Shown in pieces: positions 27,105 to 39,387 of a DNA stretch of 64,000 nucleotides (position 1 is its first letter; each line of letters starts with the position of its first letter). Source of the stretch: Perna viridis (Eukaryota); assembly GCA_037379345.1 (NCBI GenBank), contig CM074524.1, positions 24,486,750 through 24,550,749 on the forward strand, given 5' to 3'. The notes under the pieces are model-generated. The model was not told the origin of the DNA. It saw nothing but the letters and a program-made list of their open reading frames with translations, and ran no database searches. A program made the translations under genes and the position numbers.

Positions 27105-29090
27105 TTCCAAACCGCCTGAAGGATAGGGAGTTGGGTATACCCTGTTTGAAGCCATTATCACTACGCGTGTTCGCCTCCTAAACAGTGTTTTTTTTTATAT
27201 TAAATTAAACCTTAAAAAACACCTCAATTATTAAACAACTTTAATAAAGTGTTTGTCAAAATCTACCGATGCTAATGTACTGTAAAGCTGTATAATCTCC
27301 TTTTGTCAAATCAAGGAAGGAGTTTTTAATTATTAATACTTGACCATATTTTTTATCAGAAAAGTTCATTGAAGATGCATTTTGATTAAAGTACCATAAA
27401 TATTGTCGTTCTGGCCTGTAATATTTAGCCATGATGTGGTCAATAAAATGAAATAACATGGACTTATTCTCTACTTCATTCGCAAATAAACAATATTCTT
27501 TCTGAAATGTCTAAACACCCCTGCAAATTTAAGCTAAAATCAACATTCCATTTCATTAATTTGGGGAGGCATTAAAATCCCTACTCTCCCCATTTCAAAG
27601 GTATTTCCTTACTATGCAACTTAAATTTCTCAGAAGTGTTTATAGACTGTTAAACCATTATAACAAATAATCGCCTAAAGTAATGAGTTGGAAAAATTCA
27701 AGGTAAATTCTGCCATGTTAATACGGACGGGCGGAGGGATGGACGATCAGACAGTTATATACCATGTTACGACTTGACCTGATAGGCGTACACATAGTTT
27801 AAAAACATATCCTACTTTCGATTTTGCGCAAATTATTTGAACGTTTAATTTTTGTTAGTTATGTCGTTGACGAGATTCTCCTGTTCACATTAAGTCTATG
27901 ATTTGAAAACATTGTTTACAACCGGGCGACCTATCAAAATGTAACAAACTAGTAGAGGAATAAAAAGGAAAACAAATACTAAATATCAACCGGTTTAGAT
28001 ATTTTCAGGACGATAATTTTTCTTTCACTACTGATCGATAGGAAAACTAAGGATTTTACCTACTTAGTTTTCTTAAAATACAGATATGCAGGGAAGTAAA
28101 AAATAGACAATAATAATTCGATAATCTTGTATAATATTGTATATTGCGTTGTGTTGTACACGTGTTTCAAGGTGTAATTTATCCTCAGCCACATACCGTC
28201 ATTAGAAACGAAAACATTGGCGGGTCATGATCCAACATAAATACAAAGATGTGTATAAGAGGTACTCATAAAAACACAAGTCGAATAAAAACTTCAAATA
28301 ATGCACCGATAATTTTTTCCGTGTGCAATATAAGGAATGATGCCTCGTTGTTTAAGAGGTTTAAATTTTATGATACTGCAGATTTCCGTTAATAGTCTTT
28401 GAAAGACGTCAGGTCAAATGGGCTAAGTTGGTACAAGATATAGGTATGGTTCGGTTCGCTCGGTAATGGATTGTGTGATGTGTTATATTTATACAAGCAA
28501 AAGTCTCTGCTGTAGCCGAAATGCATGAAATGAAAATGTTCATATTTACAGACTTAAAACTCTTACAAAAAAAACTGTGTGGTTTAAACCGTAAAGTTCC
28601 TAAATACGGGATTTGCTTTTTTCGAATCGATTTTCTTGTAACATGTATAGATAATAAACCTACAATAATCCATCAGACAGTAACTACTAAATATTCATTT
28701 GTCGGTACAAGTTGCCTTAAAGGAATATTTGAAGGAGAGTTATACAAAAGCTGTTTTCATGTGATTCCGTCCAAAATCTGATATAAGATTATAGCAATTA
28801 GCAACCTAAACGAACATACGAAAGGTGTGCAATTTTTTTCCCGCCATTTCAATTTTGTTTATGAACTTTTTGGTACATATTTTTCTGCTAACTTCTATGT
28901 GTAGAAACTATGGTTTTGGAGAGCCTAAAACATCGATTTAATCAATGATTAGCAATGGTGCATGTACTTCAATGTAGTACCGGATCGAATGAACATTTGT
29001 TACTTAGTTTTATTTTTGTAACGAAAAACAATAGAGATATCAAATTATCTTTATGCACATGTATTAATGATTCCTCTATGACCACAAATA
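27105..29090 (-). repeat. Inverted duplication arm (partner 13790-16030)
   Basis: See partner feature; contains the empty SINE site near 28600. Confidence 0.85.
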
Positions 29091-29407
29091 CAACTGAGAA
29101 GCGTTACAAGAAACCGTTGCCTAATTCTAAATTAGTTGCTTTATTTCTTATTAGAAGAGTGCTGCTTTTAATCATATGACTGAATAATTTTTTTGGGTAA
29201 ACTCTTATTAAAAAAACAGTATGCACAACCGTTGCGCAACAACTAACTTTATTTCAGAAAAAAAACTATTTTCTATTAAAAAAGACATGATTTACCTAAA
29301 GACTTCGGATGTTTACAAATCAAATTATGAAAACAGTGTAAACTCTACCATGAAAAGAATACAATTGGCTTTGTACCTTTAAATACTACTCTTTATGTAG
29401 ATCAGGG

Positions 29408-29602
29408 GTAATTAAGGGAAACAAAATTCTAGCGTAAATCAACCGAATGTAATCCAGGGACAAAGATCAGACATGGAAAACAGACTAACACAGCAAAGAG
29501 CATAAATTAACCAAAATAATGCATACATAGTAAAAGAGCAACTCGGACTCCACTAAAAACTAGGAGCATGGACCATGGTGAACGGGTAGGGTAAGCGTCC
29601 CC
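29408..29602 (-). mobile_element. Penelope-like (Naiad-type) 3' UTR fragment, diverged
   Basis: gagcaactcggactccactaaaaact...gtagggtaagcgtcc. Confidence 0.8.
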
Positions 29603-29905
29603 TTTTTATGTAGATCAGGATAAGTAATTAATTTAAGTAAATTCACAAGTGCTTATTTTGTTTATCTTATTCTTTAATACAAATTTACCTACAAATTGTC
29701 ACATTTGTTTTCACTTGATTTAAAACATATATAAATATGTTTCATTAAAATAAAAAAGAATGCTTGCTTTTGTGCATTAATATCGGCAATATCATAGCGA
29801 AGGGTCAGCAGTGAAATAATTCAAATATGTCACAATCCCAAAATATAACGTAAAATGAGGAAACAAATACGACCTACATAAATGCAAAACTGATTTATTC
29901 GATGT

Positions 29906-30131
29906 GTCATAGTTTTTCTTTCCTCGTTTGTCTACCCCGGACTTTTTATGAGCAGCTCGGAGGGTGTTTTTTATTGAAGTCCGAGTTGCTCATTTGCTTT
30001 TGTTACTTTGTATGTATGATTTTAGTTACTTTATGTTCTTTGTTGTGTATGTCTGTTTTCCATGTCTGGTCTTTGACCCTGGATTACATTCTTTTGATTA
30101 CCGCTATAACCTTGGTTCCCTTTATTACTCT
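29906..30131 (+). mobile_element. Penelope-like (Naiad-type) 3' UTR fragment with internal deletion
   Basis: gtcatagttttt...ttcctcgtttgtctaccccggact...aaccttggttccctttattactct. Confidence 0.85.
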
Positions 30132-30329
30132 TACATACACAATGTACCGAAGAAATAGATGAATGCTGAAGAATAACAGAAAAGATACAACAACAAACTC
30201 TTTGTTTTTCATAACAACATACTTGGGGGATAATGAAAATATTCTGTCAAGATAAAATATCCAATATAGACCTGTACACAATAACGAATACCAATGGCAT
30301 GGAGTATTTACTGATACAAAAAGTTGCTT

Positions 30330-30575
30330 GGTCAAGTTCTTTTCAGACCAGCAGATAACATGTTTAAGGTGAACTTAGATGGGAACATAAAGAAAGAAGG
30401 AAGAAAGGAAGACCAAAAACAACATTGCATCGAACCATTGAGAGGGAAAATAATGGAAAGAGGTTACACCTGGTGTACCATCGAGAAGACAGCAAACAAC
30501 AGAGACAAATGGAGGACGCTTGTCATTGTCCTATTTACCAACGGGCGTGGTAAGGACTAAGTAAATGAAGTAAAT
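30330..30575 (+). mobile_element. 3' end of an RTE-clade LINE
   Basis: Peptide ...KKEGR...GYTWCTIEKTANNRDKWRTLVIVLFTNGRGKD* resembles RTE ORF C-termini (TW..IEK.A.DR..WR.LV.AL); followed by a taagtaaatgaagtaa tail. Confidence 0.7.
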
Positions 30576-31329
30576 TCCGGAAGTGTAAGCGTGTACTTGT
30601 ACGCCAGGTGCCGTTAATAAATTGCGTTTGCGTGATATGCTCTAGCGACTTCGGCTTGATACGGTGGGATTTGTGGTGCGTTAAGGACCTTCACAATGGA
30701 ACGTCTTCGAAACTATTTTCGTATACATTTTACAACATGCGAACACATCTTTATTCGTGTAAATTCAAATTGTAGTTGTAGTGATAAATAAATTGGCTTT
30801 CATTATATGCACATTTATCTATTAAATCGATCTTATTTCACAAAGACGAACTACTATAAAAAGGAACAGTTATAGTGGAATGCAACAAATTTTATCTCTT
30901 CTTCCGGGACTGTACAGCAGAAAGATATAGTTTACATTACACAATGTAGAAAGAGAGTGACTTCAAAGACACAAGAGGAGTGAAAATGGTGAAAAAAGAC
31001 TTTTATAGATTGTCATATACAGTTGAGGTCTAAGCATGTGTACAAAGATTGCCTTCTTTCTGTCATCGATCTAATCTTACATAATGAACAATGTTAACAA
31101 ATATACTTTTTTTGTATTATATTCACTCCTAATATATGACAAACACATCTTCGCACTACAAAAAGGCTTTACAAAGCAAAAACTCAAATTGACTTTGCCG
31201 ATAGCTCGCTGCTCGTGATGGACGCCGGGTGTATTATTTTATTTTTAAAACCTTTTATGTCTACAAATCAAATTCAGAAAAAATGTCGACACTATGGTTT
31301 GCCTCCTGATAATACTCATCGATTGAACA

Positions 31330-33320
31330 ATCCATTCCATTGGTAATATTTTTGTTATACAAAACGATCACCATTCTCCGATAAGTCTCGCCCACATTAA
31401 CCATGTTACAGCGTTAGCAAACCAAAACGTAAACGACGATTTCTTAGGTACAGGTGAAACCATCTTTTAACTTAAAGACGTTGGTGGGCCCAACGACCTC
31501 TGTAGTTTCCAATGTTAAAAAGACATGTCGAACACCGTGATCGCTTACAGTGTCGTCTGCCTTTCTTACAGGCACTCTTGAAAGAACTCATAATAAGGTG
31601 CGCTTTCAGACTCTGTCCTTTTCCATAGAAATTGGTTGGAAGTAAATCGTGGAATAATGACAATGTATTCATCTTTAGGAACTATATATTAAAAGTTGCG
31701 AATCAGGGTTAATCAGGATATTATGGATTGCACAATTGTGAGAATGAAATTTTAACACCAAAGGAATACGGATTGGTCTTTCTCATCCTCTTTTTCATAG
31801 ACTCAGATCTCTTAATGTGGGAAACTGAAGTTGAAATTTTACTATCATGCATTTTGCAATTGATTTCAAAGAACAGAAGGCTTTCCTGGGAGATGTTGAA
31901 GGAATATTTGATGGCTAGATGGTAAGAATAAACAAAATTGATGAAAGACTTCATCAGAGTACACCCGAAAAACATCGTCTATGTATCTTTTGTAACAATC
32001 CGATAGGGGGCCTATGTACTCAGAGACCATTTTTTTTCTCCAGGTAGCCAACAAAAACACAGGCAAAGAAAGTTCCATCTAAAATTCCACCCCACCTGAC
32101 TGGCCATACTGTTTGCTATCGAAATGAAAGGTATTGAGGTTGAGGAGAAATTCGGCAAAACTCAGGACGATATAAGTTTTGACATAAGAATTAAGTCGTC
32201 TGTCAAGGAAATGTCTCCAAGCAATCATAGCATCATTATTTGGGATGCTTGTATATAATGGTGTGGCATTCAAATATATATTGGTAGGTTCTCCACGGTG
32301 GGCATGAAAATTTCGTAAAGACAACTAGAAATGAATTAAGTAGGACAGCTACAGGCTGAGACAATTGATCTCCCAAGGTTGCCACTTTCATGTATCTTGG
32401 GACACATATACGTGTAAAGGCGTAATTTTTAGGGTTCATATGCAACCAAATAGGCGACTACTTTAGGTAGATCGAGATTATCTATTAATATTGAAATGAA
32501 TTCCTTGATTTTTTTCTGATTGTCTCCTGTATTACTAGCCTGGAGTTGTTTTGTAAAATTTAGAATATGAAAGTTGGATATCCCCTTCTGAGACATAGCA
32601 TTGAACATCTCAGGTATCTACAGTTCCACCTTTGTCCGCAGCTCTGATGACAATGTATGTACGCGTTTTTGGATAGTGGAGGGCGGCCTGCCCATCAGTA
32701 GACAATTTATGTCTCTTCGGGAATTTTGTCTTTAAGTTGTCGTTTTGTCTTTGACAAGTTTTTATGTACTGGTCAAGGATGCGGAACCAGTGAGTTTAAG
32801 AGGTGACGTCCATTTTTTTAAACCTAAAGAATAAAGAGACTGTGGCTTCAGAGACTTCGGTACGGTCTTAACAGAAAAAATGTGCTTTTAAAAGGAGGCA
32901 GCGGAAGAAATATTGGAGATCGGTTTGAATTTGGAATGAATCGGCCACAGGTGTGGTAGGAACAAAATTAAATCCTTTTCACAGTCTATTATGACCATTA
33001 CCTTTGGTGAAGCTCGTGATGACCTTGTATGGGTCCATGGAGGTCTGTAAGTGTTGAGGAAAAAGTGAGGAAAAACTTTTTGAACAATTTTGAAGAGAAT
33101 TGTTTAAGGGAAGACATGATCACAACGAAGTGAGTACAAATATAAATAATGTATAATGTGAAGTGGCGCAAATCAAAATTAAATAAGAATAATGGAATAA
33201 GTGAATAATTGGCACGTTTAAAGGGTAAAAAGGAACTACATATAAGATATAAATAAAACGCTGAAATTTAAATTATATGAACCAAATTTCAGCCTTACGA
33301 CCTTTGTCTGGGGCAAAAAG
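31330..33320 (-). mobile_element. Decayed Penelope-like element with RT and C-terminal GIY-YIG (Neptune-like)
   Basis: Fragments in order: KGFNFVPT, IVIRAADKGGTV, PLYTSIPNNDA, YKRYIDDVF, CKRSRCSTC linker, VVYVLVC*RCNMVNVGET; many stops and frameshifts. Confidence 0.85.
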
Positions 33321-33573
33321 TATTAAAAAGAAAACTGACAACTGCCAACCAAACCACAGAATTAGGGTGTCCTTCAAAATTGATCTTGATCATTGTGAAT
33401 CGGGTTATGGTGACTATATAATGCTGGTTTGAGGTTGGCAGTCCCATGTAAGCTAATGATACGTTGCCCTATGAAATTTCGTTGTTTTTCGCCAGATTAT
33501 GTTTCCAAAAGGACAGTTACTTTCATGTTGACGACACTGTGGTTTGCATTTCGGAAATGTGCACCGACTGAAT

Positions 33574-35970
33574 GAGTAATCAAGGGAACCAAGGTTATAG
33601 CGGTTATCAAAAGAATGTAATCCAGGACCAAGACAAGACATGGAAAACAGACACACACAACAAAGAACATAAAGTAACTAAAATCATACATAAAAAGTAA
33701 CAAAAGTAAATGAGCAACTCGGACTCCACTAAAAACTGGGAACATGGACCAGGTGCACCAGTAGGGTAAGCGTCCTCTGCTTTTCTAGAAACACCCGCCG
33801 AGTTTCTCATAAAATGTCAAGTCCGGGGTAGACAAACGAGGAAACGAAAACTATGACCCGTTGAATAAATCAGTTTTCATGGTGCTGATAGATACACCAT
33901 AACGATCCACGAGTTCATGATGACGACCATAAAACTTCTGTAGTGATGACTTCAATCTTGTAGCAACGTAATCCTGTTCCAGAAGCCTATTTGTTAGAGT
34001 TCTTGCGCGATTTAAAAAGTCTGCAAAGTTTCGGCAAGCTCTGGCATAACGTATGAGTTGTGATATAAACACTCCATACGCAGGAGCCGAAGGGATGTTG
34101 CCACAGATAAAAGGAAAGTTGACAATTCTGAATGAAAAGTCATCACGTTTGTCGTAAAGTTTGATCAATAGTTTTCCTTTACCATCGATTTCTAAGTGTA
34201 GGTCAAGATATGAGGCTGACTTCACAGTGTCTGTAGTATCATTTATCTCAAGTTCTTTTGGGTAGATGCGATGTATCAAATCCCCGAAATTAGGATTGTT
34301 TAAAGATATTACGTCATCTATATAGCGAAAACTGAGATTGAAGGATCTAGCCAAACGATATTCTTTCCTTCTGATCAGATCAGCTATAAAATCAGCCTCA
34401 TAAGAGTAAAGGAATAGGTCAGAAAGTAAAGGAGCACAATTTGTTCCCATTGTAATTCCGACCGTTTGTTGAAAAACACGTCCACCACACCGGACAAATA
34501 TGTTGTCGATTAAAAATTCCAGCATGTTGTAAACATCTTCCTCTGTATATTTCGAAAATGATTTGGAATTATTTCTTACAACGTATGAGGAATCTCTACC
34601 AATAACTATATATTTGTATCTAGGTGTACCACCTTTTTTGGAAAAACAACGATGTATAATGTTTTTAAGTCGGGACTTTAACTGAGTATGGGGAATAGAA
34701 GTATACAGTGTTGAAAAATCATAGGTTTTAATGCTATTATATTCAGATAATAGTCTTGAACTGATTGTCTCTAAAAGATCTTTCGAATTTTTCAGGATCC
34801 ACATTGAATTAATATCACTACGGGAGTAACAAGTGTTGTGGGAGGACTGCAGACCCTCTTTGACAGTTGTGAGTATAGAAGTTAAAAGTTTTGAAAGAGG
34901 TTTGGTGGTACATTTTGCAGATCCAGCTATGAAACGTTTTTTTGTATGGATTCTAGTGAAGTTTAGGAATCCAGTACATAGACGGTAAATCACAATCATC
35001 GTCCCTGGTAGAGGGACCAAAAGAGGAAACACAGATTTATGGTTTTCCACAATCTCTTCTTTGGAGAGAGTGGTTGCAGTATAGGTCTTGTCGCTGCTAT
35101 TATTATTTACGTCTACCTCTAATAATAAACATTGGATATAAAACGTTTTGCAGACAAAAACAATGTTGTTCTGGGCTTTGTCTGCAGGTACGACAACATA
35201 TTTGTCATGTATAGTAGACAATGTTTTTGCTACATCGGGGTCTTTGAAAACAGATGTAGCCTTGGCACTCATTGACCTTCTTACAACTTTCATTCGTTTC
35301 AAAATTGAAGACCTCACGGCCTTTAACCACTCTGACAGAGAATCAAGGTCTTCTTGTTCTCGTTTTATCAATTTTCTTTCATAGTCCTCTACGGCATCCA
35401 TAAGAACTTTAAAGTTATAATTCCAATTTTTTGAGCGTGGTTCACGGTACTTGGGACCTTTAGAAAGGATATTACGCAGAGATTCGTTTTCGATAATGGT
35501 TAAATCTCCCGTAACGACGTGACCAGAAGGACCATATTTGAATGGAGAGGTTTTGCAAGAACAGTCAGGTGGTTTAACCTTGAAGTAGTCTTCAATCTCG
35601 AGGTTCTGCAATAGCCTTTTATAATTGAAAATTTTGGATGCGATGTGTGAAGTATATGAATATGAAATAATTGGTATGGATTTGTCTTTGAAATATGGGG
35701 GAATTTTGTTGGTAACGTTTTTTTGATGGAGGATGTTAGCCAAATTGATTGCATCTATTACTTTGTTGACAAACGGTAGTGGAAGAAATGATCGTTTTTC
35801 TTCATCTTGACTTTTCACCCAAACTGGTTTAAAGAGTCGGTGGAAACCAATATCCAAAATGATGGCAACAAGTCTGTATAATGATGACGTGGGGTCAGAA
35901 ACAGGAATGTCAAGACTTGTTTTGTAAAGGGAGTGTAGTAGAGTGAGAGGTATAGAATAAAGTTTGGTTC
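33574..35970 (-). mobile_element. Longest Penelope-like (Naiad/Chlamys-type) copy, 5'-truncated
   Basis: RT ORF plus about 275 bp 3' UTR ending ...ccttggttcccttgattactc; the reading frame stays open up to an abrupt junction near 35970. Confidence 0.92.
33851..35857 (-). CDS. Penelope-like reverse transcriptase, no endonuclease downstream of RT; probably non-functional
   Basis: Motifs CSC..GHVVTGDL, LSKGPKYRE, VVPADKA, YDFSTLYTSIP, QTVGITMGTNCAP, RYIDDV, LYDKRDDF, GVFISQLIRY; stops shortly after the thumb region. Confidence 0.9.
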   Translation of the reverse strand: MDIGFHRLFKPVWVKSQDEEKRSFLPLPFVNKVIDAINLANILHQKNVTNKIPPYFKDKSIPIISYSYTSHIASKIFNYKRLLQNLEIEDYFKVKPPDCSCKTSPFKYGPSGHVVTGDLTIIENESLRNILSKGPKYREPRSKNWNYNFKVLMDAVEDYERKLIKREQEDLDSLSEWLKAVRSSILKRMKVVRRSMSAKATSVFKDPDVAKTLSTIHDKYVVVPADKAQNNIVFVCKTFYIQCLLLEVDVNNNSSDKTYTATTLSKEEIVENHKSVFPLLVPLPGTMIVIYRLCTGFLNFTRIHTKKRFIAGSAKCTTKPLSKLLTSILTTVKEGLQSSHNTCYSRSDINSMWILKNSKDLLETISSRLLSEYNSIKTYDFSTLYTSIPHTQLKSRLKNIIHRCFSKKGGTPRYKYIVIGRDSSYVVRNNSKSFSKYTEEDVYNMLEFLIDNIFVRCGGRVFQQTVGITMGTNCAPLLSDLFLYSYEADFIADLIRRKEYRLARSFNLSFRYIDDVISLNNPNFGDLIHRIYPKELEINDTTDTVKSASYLDLHLEIDGKGKLLIKLYDKRDDFSFRIVNFPFICGNIPSAPAYGVFISQLIRYARACRNFADFLNRARTLTNRLLEQDYVATRLKSSLQKFYGRHHELVDRYGVSISTMKTDLFNGS

Positions 35971-36349
35971 TAAAACTGTATAACCGGTTTTAATTATCTG
36001 GTATCAACCAATTTGCATTTAATACTATATCATGATCATGATAACTTATAAATGAGATCACAAAAAGACAAAAAACAATGAACATAAAAACACGACGAGA
36101 ACCACTGGCTTGAGACAGGCATATTCAACCTATTTTTATCAATTTCACAAGCAAATCACTTATACACAAACGTCAATATTGTAATTAGCAATTACAATTA
36201 AATAAAAATACATTTTTATAGAAAAGATTGATTTTCAGCCGCATCTTGTTATGGATTCTTACCCTGATTACCACTCGATTACAGATGCTAGTTAACAACT
36301 TGCTATCAAATCTTCTGATCATAACTTTGGTTGAATTTTGACAAAACAA

Positions 36350-36870
36350 AACAACAAGAGGCTCCCCGGAGCCTGAATCGCTCACCTGGTCAAAGGTTTG
36401 CTTTTCAAGGGTAATAACTTTAACAAGAAGTTGTCCGACAATTTTGACTCCATGAAGACTTTGGTAGAACTTATCATGAGGATCATTTCATCAATCGAAA
36501 GTTTCATTCCATTTAATATAGTTTTCAAGATATTGACTGAAAACTGGCAAAAACATAATTGTTTGCCTTTCAAGGGCAATAACTCTTAAATGGGGATGTC
36601 TGACAACTTTGATCTCTGGATACTTTTGTAGGCCTTATAATAAGAATCATTTTATCAATTGTTTCAAAAGTTTCATTTTGTCTATCAGTTGTCAAGATAT
36701 AGGCTGAAACTGTAAAAAAAAAGTCATTTTTCACCTCTCAAGGTAAAAAGAATATTTCAGCAGTTTAAAGATATTGGCCAAACCTAAAGGTTTTGGAGAT
36801 ACATGCATATGCAAAAAACTACTGTACTACTCCTATGTTCTTTTTTTAGTAAAGGCGGTCATGTTTTTTT
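36350..36870. mobile_element. Non-autonomous Helentron-like element with internal repeats of about 165 bp
   Basis: Terminus aacaagaggctccccggagcctgaatcgctcacctg followed by repeated ttcaaggg(t/c)aataact...tcaagatat...ctgaaa units. Confidence 0.6.
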
Positions 36871-38119
36871 ATTAATCATTTGTCATAGTAATAAATGATT
36901 ATATTCGTCTTTGTATCAACTCAGTTTCATTTTCCTATCAGAGTTGTTGTTCTTTGAACCTAAACATAAGTATTTCCTATATACGGAACTTAAATCCGTG
37001 TTCAGGGGTCAAAGATTAATTGTTTTCATATTCAATGATTATTTCTTTACGCTGTATGTTATCAATTAAGAATATCACGAAAAGTCCGTTTTATATGATT
37101 ATTGCGGGTAACTGTCAGTTTGTTTCCATGAATATATAGACATCTTATGACGAACGAAAACAAGACTGGTAAGTTGGAATTCAACTGTCCCAGAGATCAG
37201 CTGTTTGTTTTCATCTCCTGAACCGGTTAATTCACATTTTGAATATTCTGAACTTGTGTAGAGTTAAACGTTAAGCTGTTTAATATTTTATACGCATCTT
37301 CATATATCGTAAGTGTTTAAATGTGATGAAATCGGCTACACCTTTACCTGAAGGTGACATTTTTGTGTAGCTCACTAGTACTTGATTTGGATTTTCAGTA
37401 GTTGATCTATTATTAATATTTTGAATCTTTTGGTGATTATTTTGTCTAAACGCTGACATTATGCAGGTTCTTTGACTTTGGTTATATTGTATATTTGAGC
37501 TTTTGAAATTCCTGCATAATAATGCATATCATTTTTTACATCGTGTATTACACTTGCAGCCTCAACAATCTAGTTCTTTACAACTTATTAGATGTGCTTG
37601 ATGCTAGTGTTCACGGTCGACTCACACGCATCTCGCAACATATTGAAGTACATGTGTAAATGAACACAAAACATTTGATTCAAATGACAACTGAAAATCA
37701 AAAGTCGTTATTCAGCAACTTGTATATAGTCTGTTTAAAATTCATACATGTATAACCTTATTTTTTCAACAAATTGTGTGCCTCCCACTATATTTTGATC
37801 GAATTGCTTTTTGTTATTTCCCAGATCTAACTTGTCCCTCACCCTATCATCTTTAGGAAAACCTAAAACGTTAGTCAGGTTGAAAGTATATTTTAATCAT
37901 GTTATTGATATTAAACACAAATTTTCATTACATATCTTTCTGTGTTAAATGATTTATAAAAGGTACACAAGGCCATAATTAAAAATTAGTTGGTTTTCCA
38001 TAGCCCGGACTGAAAAGATGTTATTGGCACAGTTCTGGACAACATTTTTTATTTTTTAACTTCCAGATTTTGAATTCTTTGCTTTTTGGCAAGGCCAAAT
38101 GTCCAGTGCAAATTTTCTC

Positions 38120-38380
38120 AGAGTCGGGTCACTACGCCTGCCTGTATGTCTCTCCATAACAAAAATCTTGTCATAATAATCCTCTAAAACTCCTCTATGG
38201 AAACTTGTGATACGTGGTATATAGCTAGAACATCACATGTAGTTGTGCATTCTTTTAAGAAATTTTGATTCTCAAATTTCTACAGGAGTTATGCCTTTAC
38301 GTTTTGAACTTGGAAATTAACTATACATCATTGAGGTACATTTCTTGCATACATGGCATGCTATAGCATTGTTGCTCCAG
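38120..38380. mobile_element. Degenerate Helentron-like remnant
   Basis: Microsatellite-like gcctgcctgtatgtc followed by ...gtagttgtgcatt...ggagttatgcc blocks; recognition is from general resemblance only. Confidence 0.35.
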
Positions 38381-39178
38381 ATGTTCAATTGTATATAAGT
38401 AGTTCAATATGGTTCAATCACTAAGTGTATAAGTCTTAGAGTCGCTTTTAACAATTTGTAATTTATTGACTTAAAAAGTGTAAATCAAAATCGGTTCCGT
38501 TTTTGTCCTCACTTTTGTTGAATTTCACAGTGGTGAATCTAGGTATGGGGTTCAATATCATGGGTTTGATATCAGGTCTGTCAGTCATCTATTTTCTTTT
38601 GCACATCTGTATTTGACCTATTTTTGGACACATTTTCCGCCTTTTCGAGATAGCATTGCGAGTCCGGTCAAAGTCTTAACATTTGCCGACAAAGATTGTT
38701 TTTTATTGTATCAATTCATTATAAGCATTCAAATTGATATAATTCATTGATATTTCATATAATGTCAAATGCATACAGTAGAGAGCTAGAACACTTATGA
38801 GATTCATATTTCATCAAATGCAATTATCGTTACTATAAATAGTTTTCACAGACTCATTAAACTAACTGAAAAAAAAATTGTCGTGAATGATTAATTTATA
38901 TTTGGTAGATAAAAGCCTCAGGAAACAGTGGTGAGTTAAAAAAAAAAAAAAAACTTCATTTAATACGATATTTAGCTTTGAAAATTAGCAAAAAAATCAA
39001 TAATTTGGCAAAGTTCCAAAACTTGATAAGTTAAGGTCCAATTTAGGACATAATAGTATTTTTTTTTAAATTTATATTTTTTCCTCAACAGTTTAAATAG
39101 TGTTTTTATTCATATTGTAAGTTGTCATGCATTTAATTTTTTATTAGAAAAATATGGAACATTACAAAAATGGTAAAA

Positions 39179-39387
39179 GAGTAATCAAAGGAACCAAGGT
39201 TATAGCAGTAATCAAATGAATGTTATCCAGGGACAAAGACGCGACATGGAAAACACACATACACAACAAAGAACACACAGTAACTAAAATCATACATACA
39301 AAGTAACAAAAGCAAATGAGCAACTCGGACTCCACTAAAAACTGGGAGCATGGACCAGGTGCACCGGTAGGGTAAGCGTCCTCTGCT
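39179..39387 (-). mobile_element. Penelope-like (Naiad-type) 3' UTR fragment
   Basis: Matches 33574-33783. Confidence 0.88.

Noticed and set aside
33574-33850. SECIS element / selenoprotein recoding in the Naiad-type element
   Set aside because: The ATGA pairs Watson-Crick with TCAT instead of forming a GA quartet, and the surviving ORF has no in-frame TGA. The missing 5' part cannot be judged.
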